Part shown: positions 8,368-17,411 of the stretch, one piece after another
Layout: each line of letters begins with the position of its first letter
Numbering within the stretch: the stretch's first letter is position 1
From: Acidobacteriota bacterium
GTDB lineage: Bacteria > Acidobacteriota > UBA6911
Direction: 5' to 3'
Length of the DNA stretch: 64,000 nucleotides
Assembly: GCA_963664705.1 (NCBI GenBank)
Contig: OY761556.1
Span: 6,048,001-6,112,000, forward strand
Made by a program: the position numbers and the translations under genes
The notes under the pieces: model-generated
The model's input: only the letters and a program-made list of their open reading frames with translations
Databases searched by the model: none
What the model was told of the DNA's origin: nothing

Positions 8368-9743
8368 TCATGCTGCTGCCCTTCTACCGTTCCTTGTTGG
8401 AGCAGAGTTGGAAGGATGTTTTTAAGCAAGCACGGACACTGAAGCGAGGAATTGACCACGCTTTGACGTGGCCTTCGGCCTTGGGTCGAAGGACGATCTC
8501 GCAGATGATCTGTGTGCAAGGGCGGAATCAGGAAGACTGGAGCGCAGATTACAAGTTTTACTCGCGTAGTCATTGGGACGAGCAGGCATTGTTTGACAGG
8601 ATCTCTGAAGAATATCTGAATCGATATCCGAACAAGCCTGTGGTTCTAGCAGTAGATGACACTCGGATAGTAAAGAGCGGAAAAAAAATCCCAGGGGCCA
8701 GCTGGCAAAGAGATCCTTTGTCGCCTCCGTTTCAAGTAAACATGATTTGGGGGCTTCGGTTTCTGCAAGGATCCTTGCTGTTTCCGCACCATTGCGAGGG
8801 TGAATTCTCTGCGCGGGGTTATCCAGTGGCCTTTAGACACGTACCCGTCGTAAAGAAACCCGGGATCCGTGCCAGTGACCAGCAGCGAGAAGAATACAGG
8901 CGATTGAAAAATGCTAATAATCTTTCCACACAATCGTTGGAATGGATTCAAAACTACCGGAACCAGTTAGACAAGATGAAGGCAACAAATCGCACATTGC
9001 GAATCGTCGCAGATGCGAGCTTCTGTAACCGCTGTTTTTATAAAAACCCTCTCGACCGGACAGAGTTGCTGACACGATGTCGGAAGGACGCCCGCCTGTG
9101 TTTCCCTGCACCCGAGGGCAGTGGCCGGCGATATAGTATCGACATCTTCTCTCCTAAGGATGTCCTCGATTCCCAGCGCGCTGTTTTTAAATGGTGCAAA
9201 ATCTGGATGGGCCAAAGAAGACGCCGTATTCGTTACAAGATAGTGGAAGCCGTTCTTTGGCGACGTGGGGCAGGCACTCGGCAATTGCGATTAATTGTTA
9301 TTGCACCCATACCATATAAGCTCTCGCCCAATGCCTCCCGAAATTTTCGTCAGCCAGGTTATTTGCTGTCGACCGACACCTACAGCCCCGTCCGAGACTT
9401 GATCCAAAGCTACTTTGATCGTTGGCAAATCGAAGTCAATCATAGAGACGAAAAAACTGTGCTTAGCGTCGGACAGGCTCAGGTCTGGTCGATGTCGTCC
9501 GTATCGAAACAGCCGGCCTTGACAGTAGCTTCGTATTCCATGCTTTTGCTGGCAGGGTTGCATTGTTTCGGGCCCGGTCGCGATTTTTGTCGCATCCCTC
9601 TTCCGAAATGGCGATCGAACAGTTCACGCGTTTCTTTGCTCGATTTACTGACCTTGCTACGCACAGAAATCATTGAAACGTCTGTCAAGGAGCCCATTTA
9701 TGCGAAAATGGCCCAAAATCTAACCATTTTCGCTAAAACATGA
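8364..9743 (+). CDS. DDE transposase, IS701-like (start GTG 8364 or ATG 8370)
   Basis: LAVDDT..KSGKK, IVADASF, Y..RWQIE..HRD.K motifs; abuts the upstream ORF stop (GTGA). Confidence 0.88.
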   Translation: MIMLLPFYRSLLEQSWKDVFKQARTLKRGIDHALTWPSALGRRTISQMICVQGRNQEDWSADYKFYSRSHWDEQALFDRISEEYLNRYPNKPVVLAVDDTRIVKSGKKIPGASWQRDPLSPPFQVNMIWGLRFLQGSLLFPHHCEGEFSARGYPVAFRHVPVVKKPGIRASDQQREEYRRLKNANNLSTQSLEWIQNYRNQLDKMKATNRTLRIVADASFCNRCFYKNPLDRTELLTRCRKDARLCFPAPEGSGRRYSIDIFSPKDVLDSQRAVFKWCKIWMGQRRRRIRYKIVEAVLWRRGAGTRQLRLIVIAPIPYKLSPNASRNFRQPGYLLSTDTYSPVRDLIQSYFDRWQIEVNHRDEKTVLSVGQAQVWSMSSVSKQPALTVASYSMLLLAGLHCFGPGRDFCRIPLPKWRSNSSRVSLLDLLTLLRTEIIETSVKEPIYAKMAQNLTIFAKT

Positions 9744-9792
9744 TTTGTTTTTGTCCAAAGTCCAGGGCCCTCCGGGCCTAGCGCAAATAGAA

Positions 9793-11434
9793 CCTGACTT
9801 GACCGGTTTGCGTGAAAAACCAGGGTTCCAAATTTCAAAAGGCTTATAAATAGCGGGTCCAATCAGGGTAGCCACCTCAAAATGTGGTTACTAACGACGG
9901 CTAATAATGCGGCTTTCCGGCTTATACTCGGTGCATGACAAGCTTCATCCGGAAAGTGCGTACTAAAAGCGGAGCTACCGCAGTCCAGATTGTCTACAAA
10001 CGCGGGCGTGTGGTCGTAGGCGTTAAACATATCGGTTCCGCGCATAACAAAACTGAATTGGATATTCTCCTTGTCCGTGCGGAGGAAGTGAAGTCTGCCG
10101 GACAACTCAAGCTGGACCTATTTGGCGACATAGAGCCAGAACTATATCTGGAACGCTCTTATTCAGGCCTTCTGTGGGACGTTCTTGGTCGTGAATACCA
10201 GCGTATCGGATTGGACTGCATCAAAGACGATATTTTCAAACAGCTGGTTCTGGCCCGCATCATAGAACCCACATCAAAGCTCGATACAATAAGGGTTCTG
10301 GAAGAACTCGGACTTAATGCCCCATCAAATTCAGCGATTCACCGCTGTTTAAGACGCATAAACGATAACGGCTATCGAGACAATATTTCCAGCAAGTGTT
10401 TTGAACATGTGAAGCCTTCGGCCCTCACGCTTGTTTTGTATGATGTAACCACGCTTTACTTTGAAATACAGCGAGAGGACGCATACAGAAAGCCAAGGTT
10501 ATCCAAAGAACGCCGTCTGGAGCCGCAGATAACGATAGGGCTATTCGTTGATAAGAGCGGCTTTCCATTGGAGGTGACGAGCTTTCAGGGAAACAAAGCC
10601 GAAGTCAAAACCATCGTGCCGGTACTTCAGGCATTCAAGACACGTCACAGCTTAAAAGAGATAGCAGTTACCGCTGATGCCGCCATGCTTTCTTCTGGAA
10701 ACCTCGATTTTTTGGAGAAGTTGGAATACACATACATCGTCGGCTCACGAATATCAAAATGTCCTTATGAAATCGAAGAATACATAAAATTGCCGGGATC
10801 CACGCTAAAAGACGGCCAGGTCTTCGAGTCCAAAATAAAAGTGACCATAGCCGGAAAGCGGACATGCCGGCGTGCAATCTACCAATTTCGTTCCAGACGC
10901 GCGAGGATAGACCTGGCCAATATTGATAAGCTTCTTGCCAAGGCCCAGAGAATGGTCGATGGTAAGAGCGAAGTGAAACGCAACCGCTTTCTGCAAATCA
11001 TTGGCGAACGGAAGGCGATCAACACCGCTTTAGTAAACAAGGCGAGAATGCGGGCGGGAATCAAAGGCTACATAACGAATCTCAATCTTCCTGCACAACA
11101 GGTTATCGATTATTACCATCAGCTCTTTCAAGTTGAGAAGTCTTTCCGAATAGCAAAATCTGATTTGAAGGCTAGGCCGATCTTCCACCACAAACGCGAC
11201 TCCATTGATGCCCATCTAACGGTCGTATTTGCCGCCCTCGCCATCTCACGTCAAGTTGAGGGTGCAACCAAACTGAGCATCAGGAGATTCGTTCAGAAGC
11301 TAAAGCCACTTCGTACGGGTATTTTATCGATTAACGGCGCAAAACAACTCCTAAAACCACGGGTACCGCAAGAGATTTCCGATATTATCGCTTTTCTCGC
11401 CTCATGATGTGGTTACTAATTCGGTCAAGTCAGG
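9793..11434 (+). mobile_element. IS1634-family insertion sequence, ~1642 bp
   Basis: TIRs CCTGACTTGACCG (9793-9805) and CGGTCAAGTCAGG (11422-11434); internal direct repeat ATGTGGTTACTAA at 9882-9894 and 11407-11419; no adjacent target duplication. Confidence 0.88.
9935..11407 (+). CDS. IS1634-family transposase
   Basis: IRKVRT.SGATAVQIV, RIIEPTSKLD, LYDVTTLYFE, SKERRLEPQI, ADA.MLS..N, G.KGY.TN, L.QVEKSFR..KSDL.ARPIFH. Confidence 0.92.
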   Translation: MTSFIRKVRTKSGATAVQIVYKRGRVVVGVKHIGSAHNKTELDILLVRAEEVKSAGQLKLDLFGDIEPELYLERSYSGLLWDVLGREYQRIGLDCIKDDIFKQLVLARIIEPTSKLDTIRVLEELGLNAPSNSAIHRCLRRINDNGYRDNISSKCFEHVKPSALTLVLYDVTTLYFEIQREDAYRKPRLSKERRLEPQITIGLFVDKSGFPLEVTSFQGNKAEVKTIVPVLQAFKTRHSLKEIAVTADAAMLSSGNLDFLEKLEYTYIVGSRISKCPYEIEEYIKLPGSTLKDGQVFESKIKVTIAGKRTCRRAIYQFRSRRARIDLANIDKLLAKAQRMVDGKSEVKRNRFLQIIGERKAINTALVNKARMRAGIKGYITNLNLPAQQVIDYYHQLFQVEKSFRIAKSDLKARPIFHHKRDSIDAHLTVVFAALAISRQVEGATKLSIRRFVQKLKPLRTGILSINGAKQLLKPRVPQEISDIIAFLAS

Positions 11435-11483
11435 TATTATTTGCTCTAATCCCTGGGACGCGAGTGCTGGCGGAGGATAGTTC

Positions 11484-11512
11484 AAAGCCCCGGTTAGGAA
11501 ACCGGGGCTTTT
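11484..11512. terminator. GC hairpin with A/T tails (terminator-like or REP-like)
   Basis: AAAGCCCCGGTT-AGGA-AACCGGGGCTTTT. Confidence 0.55.
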
Positions 11513-11891
11513 ATGTTCGCAGCAGATTTTGGTGGCGGGAACGATCCCACTGGGATGAGATCGTCGGAAAAGATGAGTGTTTTGCTCGCGCTTCGCTAAA
11601 ATCCTGAAAGGGGGCGGCGATGTTTATACCGCACGCTCTGTTTGCCCCGCTATCCATGGCCTTTGAAGTCTGCCTCGTCAGTACACCTGGTATTCCATGT
11701 ATTCACGACGCAAGCTTCCGAGATAACCATTAGACTCCAGACGATTTAAAATGTTCAATTCGTGGAAACACTCAAAGAGCCCTACGTAGAAATACCCACG
11801 GCGGCGGATTGCGCCCAATTGTGAAACGCCAATCGTAAATCCCCCATAACCTGTGCTATGCTCCACAATTCGCATCCTTGGAGGACAGCTA

Positions 11892-13202
11892 ATGACCGAC
11901 ACCAAAATCACTCTGCCGGAATCCGAGATTCCAACCCACTATTACAACATTCAAGCGGATCTGCCGACGCCTTTGCCGCCGCCGCTGCATCCGGGAACCA
12001 AAGAGCCGATTGGTCCTGAGGCTCTTGCCCCGATATTCCCGATGGAAATCATCCGGCAGGAGGTAAGCCAGGAACGCATGATAGAAATCCCGGATGAGGT
12101 CCGCGATATCTATCGCCTGTATCGACCCAGCCCGGTTTTTCGAGCTCGAGCTCTTGAGGAAGCGCTCGATACGCCTGCCCGCATTTACTATAAATCCGAG
12201 CATGTCAGCCCGGTTGGCAGCCACAAGCTCAATACGGCGCTGATGCAGGCTTATATTAACAAGAAGGAAGGTGTCAAACGCCTGGCAACCGAAACCGGAG
12301 CCGGCCAGTGGGGAAGCGCTTTAGCCTGTGCCTGCAAGTTGATGGGGCTTGAATGCATGGTTTACATGGTTCGGGTCAGCTATGATCAGAAGCCTTACCG
12401 GCGCATTATGATGAAAACCTACGGGGCCGATGTGATCGCCAGCCCTTCGAAGCTTACTGAGGCCGGGCGGGCCGCTCTGGCAGAAGATCCGAATTGCCCT
12501 GGAAGTCTTGGGCTTGCCATTTCCGAAGCTGTGGAAGATACGGTCAAACGGGACGATACACGCTATGCGCTTGGAAGCGTGCTCAATCATGTACTCCTTC
12601 ACCAGACGATTATCGGCCAGGAAGCCCTTCGACAGATGGAACTGGCGGGCGAATTCCCTGACATCGTCATCGGCTGCCATGGAGGCGGGAGCAATTTCGG
12701 CGGGCTGGCCTTCCCGTTCCTGAGAGAGAAAATCAACGGAAAGCAGAAGAACCTGAGGGCTATTGCCATTGAACCGAGTTCCTGTGCGTCTCTGACCACT
12801 GGAAACCGCGAATATGATTTCGGAGACGTTGCCGGAAACACTCCGCTCCTGATGATGCATACCCTGGGTCATAAGTTTATCCCCCCGCCGGTCCATGCCG
12901 GTGGATTGCGATACCACGGATCCGCCCCGCTGGTCAGCCATGTGCTGGCTTCGAAGCTGATGGAGGCGGAAGCTTATCCGCAGGGAGATGTGTTTGCGAG
13001 CGCCCTGAAATTTGCTCAATGCGAGGGCACGATTCCGGCTCCGGAAAGCGCGCATGCCATTCACAGCACAATCCAGCATGCCTTGAAGGCTCGGGAGTCC
13101 GGAGAAAAGAAGGTCATCCTGTTCTGCCTCTCCGGGCACGGCCATTTTGACCTGGGGGCTTACGAGTCGTATCTGGATGGCACAATGGATCTTAAGGCTT
13201 AG
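11892..13202 (+). CDS. trpB2: Stand-alone tryptophan synthase beta chain, type 2
   Basis: [21 protein letters not shown] (PLP Lys), [32 protein letters not shown]; GGAGG RBS. Confidence 0.93.
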   Translation: MTDTKITLPESEIPTHYYNIQADLPTPLPPPLHPGTKEPIGPEALAPIFPMEIIRQEVSQERMIEIPDEVRDIYRLYRPSPVFRARALEEALDTPARIYYKSEHVSPVGSHKLNTALMQAYINKKEGVKRLATETGAGQWGSALACACKLMGLECMVYMVRVSYDQKPYRRIMMKTYGADVIASPSKLTEAGRAALAEDPNCPGSLGLAISEAVEDTVKRDDTRYALGSVLNHVLLHQTIIGQEALRQMELAGEFPDIVIGCHGGGSNFGGLAFPFLREKINGKQKNLRAIAIEPSSCASLTTGNREYDFGDVAGNTPLLMMHTLGHKFIPPPVHAGGLRYHGSAPLVSHVLASKLMEAEAYPQGDVFASALKFAQCEGTIPAPESAHAIHSTIQHALKARESGEKKVILFCLSGHGHFDLGAYESYLDGTMDLKA

Positions 13203-13231
13203 CTTATTTCATAACAAAGCGAAGTAATCAA

Positions 13232-13301
13232 ACGCCACGAATTGTGCAAATGTGGACGACGGTTCTGACAGGGATCGCGACGTTTGTGCAATGCGTGGCG
13301 T
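13232..13301. repeat. Palindrome of the CCACGAAT family
   Basis: ACGCCACGAATTGTGCAAATGT...ACGTTTGTGCAATGCGTGGCGT; related to 19859-19914 and 45899-45937. Confidence 0.7.
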
Positions 13302-13311
13302 CTTTTTCTAT

Positions 13312-15093
13312 ATGTTGAATTGGATTTCTCTCTTTATCGTATCCGTGATGCTGGCGAGTGTTCCTCTGGCCCCAGCCCAGCGGCCTCCCGCGGAAGAGGT
13401 CGTTGTAACCGCGAATGCTTACCCTATTCCCTTCGAGAATCTCTCCAGGTCTGTGACGGTTTTGAATCGCGACGATATCGAGAGTCTGCCCGTGCATTCG
13501 GTTGCGGATGTTCTTGTTCTGGCGGCCTCGATCGACATGCGGGCTCGCGCTCCCTTCGGACTGCAGGCGGATATCTCCGCGCGCGGCGCCTCCTTTGCCC
13601 AGACCCTGGTTCTTGTGGACGGCGTCCGGATCAACGATTCGCAGACCGGACACCACAATTCCGATTTCCCGGTTCAATTGCAGGATGTGGAGAGGATCGA
13701 GGTTCTGCTTGGCCCGGGATCCTCCATTTACGGGGCGGATGCTTTTGGTGGAACGGTCAACATCATCACGCGGCAAAATGCCGGGAGACTCCGGGGTTCG
13801 ATCTCAGGCGGGCAAAACGGATTCTGGGAAGGCTCGTTCGCAACGGGCTTCAAAAAGGGTGCCATTCGGCAGTCGATCAGCGTTACGGGCAATCGTTCCG
13901 CGGGCTTTGAATATGATCGGGATTTCCGGAATGTCAGCGTCAGTGCCCGGACCGGCGTTGGATCCCATTCCACGGTTTTCGTTTCGCATGTCAACAAGGA
14001 GTTCGGCGCCAATGGTTTTTATGGGCCTTCCCCTTCAAGAGAATGGACGAACCAGACATTTGTCGCTTTTGACCGCAGTTTCGAGCGGAAGTCGGGGAGC
14101 AAGGCGGATCTCCAGGGATACTATCGAACTCACGGAGACCAGTTTTTATACGATACACGGACTCCGGATCTATTCAGGAGCAGCCATCGCACTCATTCCG
14201 CCGGGTTGCTTGCAAAGACGCACTATGCCTTCGCGGACGCAGCCTCGGTTACATTCGGCGGGGAGTTGGGCGGCGACTGGATCGTCTCCAGCAATCTCGG
14301 CGACCATTCCTATTCAAGAACCAGTCTCTTTTCGGAGGTGCAATGGACTTTCGCCAAGAAGGCGGCTCTCTATCCCGGGCTGCGGTTTGATTATTATTCG
14401 AATTTTGGCACAGCAGTAAGTCCCTCACTTTCGGGAAGCTGGTGGGTTGTGCCGCGTATCCGGATCCGGTCATCTATTGGGCGAGCTTTCAGGATTCCAA
14501 CCTTTACCGAGCTGTATTATCACGATCCCAATAACCAGGCTAATGCCGATCTGAAGCCTGAGACTGCCTGGTCTGCTGAGATCGGGTCCGACTTTATTCC
14601 AGCCAGGAGCTGGATGGCTTCCTGGACGCTTTTTGGCCGAAGAGAGAAGAACGTCATTGACTGGGTTCGCACTTCCACATTGGAGAAGTGGCGCACTGCC
14701 AATATGCGGAATCTGCAGACCAGCGGCATCGAGCTTGGTGTTGATCATTCCCTTGGGTCCAGCGCAGGGATTTCCGTTCACTACACGCGGCTATATATCG
14801 ATCCGGGCCCGATTGCGTATATTTCAAAGTATGTGCTCGATTATGCCCGGGATTCCTGGACGGCTTCCGGTTTCCTGCCGCTACCCCTGAAATGGACTTA
14901 TCGGCAAAGCCTGAACTATAAAAGGCGTTCCAACGGCCGCAGTTACTGGCTGCTGGACGGCGGCTTTGAGCGCCGTTTCAGCGGGTTCACTGCGGCGCTC
15001 GATTTCTCCAACCTCCTTAACACGAGCTACCAGGAGGTGGCCGGTGTGAATATGCCCGGCCGCTGGTTCATCCTGACTCTCCGCCGGCAATAG
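13312..15093 (+). CDS. TonB-dependent outer membrane receptor (BtuB/CirA-like); start uncertain
   Basis: Signal peptide, TonB box EVVVTA, plug LVLVDGVRIND and VERIEVLLGPGSSIYGADAFGG.VNIIT, barrel ending NLLN..Y..V....PGR. Confidence 0.9.
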   Translation: MLNWISLFIVSVMLASVPLAPAQRPPAEEVVVTANAYPIPFENLSRSVTVLNRDDIESLPVHSVADVLVLAASIDMRARAPFGLQADISARGASFAQTLVLVDGVRINDSQTGHHNSDFPVQLQDVERIEVLLGPGSSIYGADAFGGTVNIITRQNAGRLRGSISGGQNGFWEGSFATGFKKGAIRQSISVTGNRSAGFEYDRDFRNVSVSARTGVGSHSTVFVSHVNKEFGANGFYGPSPSREWTNQTFVAFDRSFERKSGSKADLQGYYRTHGDQFLYDTRTPDLFRSSHRTHSAGLLAKTHYAFADAASVTFGGELGGDWIVSSNLGDHSYSRTSLFSEVQWTFAKKAALYPGLRFDYYSNFGTAVSPSLSGSWWVVPRIRIRSSIGRAFRIPTFTELYYHDPNNQANADLKPETAWSAEIGSDFIPARSWMASWTLFGRREKNVIDWVRTSTLEKWRTANMRNLQTSGIELGVDHSLGSSAGISVHYTRLYIDPGPIAYISKYVLDYARDSWTASGFLPLPLKWTYRQSLNYKRRSNGRSYWLLDGGFERRFSGFTAALDFSNLLNTSYQEVAGVNMPGRWFILTLRRQ

Positions 15094-15138
15094 CGGGATG
15101 CATCACGTTTGCCATATTCGTGAAATTCCCGCCAGATA

Positions 15139-16029
15139 CTAGCTTTCGGCCAGCTTGACTCCGGCCAGAGCCTCGATAACGCCGATGACGGCGGCATTGT
15201 CCAATTCCGACATGCCCATCTGGAGCATGGCTTCAAAAAGCTGTGTGTTTGCGGCCGCCGACGGCATCGGGACGCCGTATTCCCGGGCGGTTTCAAGAAC
15301 GATATTCAAATCTTTTGCCTGCATGTAGGCTTTGAAACCCGGCTGGCGATTTCCGGAAAAGAGCCTCGGCGGCTTCACATCAAGCGTCCAGCATTGCGCC
15401 GCACCCCCCTTGATGGCGCTGATTACCTTTTGCGGATCGACTCCGGCCTTTTGCGAGAAGATAAGCAATTCAGCCATCGCCGTCATCTGTGCCGCGACCA
15501 TAATCTGATTGGCCGCCTTTGCGACCTGGCCGGCGCCGGCGTCGCCCACATGGGTAATAGTCTTTCCCATCGCCTTCAGAATCGGCCGGACAGTCTCCAG
15601 GGCCGCTTCACTTCCTCCCACCATGATGGTAAGGGTAGCATCGCGTGCTCCAATGTCACCGCCGCTGACAGGAGCATCCAGCGCCTGCACCCCTTTTTCG
15701 GCCAGCCGGGATGCGATCAGGCGGGCAACTGCCGGCTTGATGGTCGAGTTGTCGACGAAAACCAGGCCGCTCCGCGCCTGTTCAATAACGCCTTCGGGTC
15801 CCAGCGCGACCTTCTCCACGTCCGGGGAATCGGGCAGATTGGTGAAAACAACATCTGACCGGGCTGCCACTTCGGCAGCAGAGAAAGCCTCGGCGGCGCC
15901 CTCTGCAACGAGCTCTTTAACAGAAGCTCTGCTTCTGTTGTGCACAACAAGCGGGAATCCGCCCTTCAGGATGTTCCGTGCGATGGATTTCCCCATGATT
16001 CCCAGCCCAATATATCCGACTCTCAACAT
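15139..16029 (-). CDS. NAD(P)-dependent beta-hydroxyacid dehydrogenase (2-hydroxy-3-oxopropionate reductase-like)
   Basis: VGYIGLGIMG, LDAPVSGG..GA, G.GQ.AKAANQ, KDL; GAGGAG RBS. Confidence 0.88.
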   Translation of the reverse strand: MLRVGYIGLGIMGKSIARNILKGGFPLVVHNRSRASVKELVAEGAAEAFSAAEVAARSDVVFTNLPDSPDVEKVALGPEGVIEQARSGLVFVDNSTIKPAVARLIASRLAEKGVQALDAPVSGGDIGARDATLTIMVGGSEAALETVRPILKAMGKTITHVGDAGAGQVAKAANQIMVAAQMTAMAELLIFSQKAGVDPQKVISAIKGGAAQCWTLDVKPPRLFSGNRQPGFKAYMQAKDLNIVLETAREYGVPMPSAAANTQLFEAMLQMGMSELDNAAVIGVIEALAGVKLAES

Positions 16030-16154
16030 AATCATCTCCTCGTTAAGCTGCTTTCCCGGCCTGCGATGCAAACGGGAGCGCACGCACATTCTCCAATTTT
16101 GACTCGATTGTCTGATACAATCAAAGCGCAGGAAAGCAGAAAAGGGGTTTTGTA

Positions 16155-17228
16155 ATGGATCGCAGCGAAATTTTGGGTTGGCTTCGTGAGACGGCGGAAA
16201 CCCGCCTGCAGGAGTTGTGGAGCAAAGCGGATTCAATGCGGCGTGCAATGGTTGGAGATGAGGTCCACTTGCGCGGGCTTATTGAGATCAGCAACCACTG
16301 TGTGCGCCAGTGCCGCTATTGCGGGATCAATGCCTGCGCCGCCGGTATCACACGGTACCGGATGTCTCACGGTGAGATTATTGCCTGCGCGCTCGAAGCC
16401 TCTCGTCTCGGCTACGGTTCCGTTGTCATGCAGGCTGGTGAGGATCCGGGCCTTACCAGGGATTTCGTATCGGGGCTCATCCGGGAAATCAAGCTGTCCA
16501 CGGGATTGGCCATAACGCTTTCTCTGGGTGAAAGAAGCGACGAGGATCTGCTGGCATGGAAGGATGCCGGTGCCAATCGATACCTTTTGCGGTTTGAAAC
16601 TTCGGACCCGTTCCTCTATGACCGCATCCACCCCTCCCTTCCCGGAAGAGTGTCAGACCGGTTTGCTCAGCTCGAGCGCATGCGGGACATGGGATATGAA
16701 ATCGGAACGGGCGTCATGGTTGGAATTCCCGGCCAGTCCTGGGAAACGTTGGCCCAGGATATCGATACCTTTCGCGGCTACGATATGGACATGATTGGAG
16801 TCGGTCCTTTTCTCCCCTCTCCGCACACTCCGCTGGGTGGATCTGAGGCGTCCGGCTTTTATCTGGAGCCTGATCGACAGGTCCCTAATGACGAACTGAC
16901 TACACTCAAAGTGGTGGCGCTGACGCGCCTTGTGTGTCCCGAGGCGAATATCCCTTCCACAACGGCCCTGGCAACCATTGACCCGGAATCCGGTCGCGAA
17001 CTGGGGCTCACACGAGGAGCCAACGTGGTGATGCCCAATGTGACTCCTCCGCAATACCGCGTTCTGTATGAAATCTACCCCGGGAAGGCTTGCGTTCATG
17101 AGACGGCAGCGGTTTGCTATAGCTGCATGGACCGGCGCATCCGCTCCATCGGACGGATTTTCGGGAAAGGACCCGGAGGAAGAAAAGACAGAGGGTTGGT
17201 AACGCTGACTGCTGGTCCCGCCAACTAA
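16155..17228 (+). CDS. hydE: [FeFe]-hydrogenase H-cluster radical SAM maturase HydE
   Basis: VHLRGLIEISNHC...C.YC, LSLGER, RYLLRFET, DM.GVGPF.P.P.TPL, GANVVMPN.TP..YR..YEIYPGK.C. Confidence 0.85.
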   Translation: MDRSEILGWLRETAETRLQELWSKADSMRRAMVGDEVHLRGLIEISNHCVRQCRYCGINACAAGITRYRMSHGEIIACALEASRLGYGSVVMQAGEDPGLTRDFVSGLIREIKLSTGLAITLSLGERSDEDLLAWKDAGANRYLLRFETSDPFLYDRIHPSLPGRVSDRFAQLERMRDMGYEIGTGVMVGIPGQSWETLAQDIDTFRGYDMDMIGVGPFLPSPHTPLGGSEASGFYLEPDRQVPNDELTTLKVVALTRLVCPEANIPSTTALATIDPESGRELGLTRGANVVMPNVTPPQYRVLYEIYPGKACVHETAAVCYSCMDRRIRSIGRIFGKGPGGRKDRGLVTLTAGPAN

Positions 17229-17411
17229 AAACTAAGTTTCCGGTGAAAGTAAAGACTGCTGATAACTTGTGGTTGCGCGTGGATTTCTCATGCCTTCCGC
17301 GGATGCTTAGCATTCCTTAATAATGTTGAACTCCCTCGCCTCTCTGCATATACTTTTTTTGCACTTGTTTATTAAATCAAAAATCAAAACCAGGTATGAG
17401 GGGAGATCTCC

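Larger units (their letters stand above)
7923..9765 (+). mobile_element. Two-ORF insertion sequence (IS701-like/IS4 superfamily DDE), 1843 bp
   Basis: 14-bp perfect TIRs CTGGACTTTGGACA (7923-7936) and TGTCCAAAGTCCAG (9752-9765); 13-bp direct repeat GGCCCTCCGGGCC at 7910-7922 and 9766-9778. Confidence 0.9.

Noticed and set aside
7923-11434. Single composite transposon spanning both ISs
   Set aside because: Each element has its own distinct TIR pair, and the 13-bp duplication brackets only the first
13203-13311. Cobalamin riboswitch before the BtuB-like receptor
   Set aside because: Region is short, occupied by a CCACGAAT palindrome, and has no B12-box motif
17365-17382. Rex-like operator TTGTTTATTAAATCAAAA upstream of nfnAB
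   Set aside because: Only about 12/18 match to the consensus in an AT-rich stretch; too weak without a matrix search
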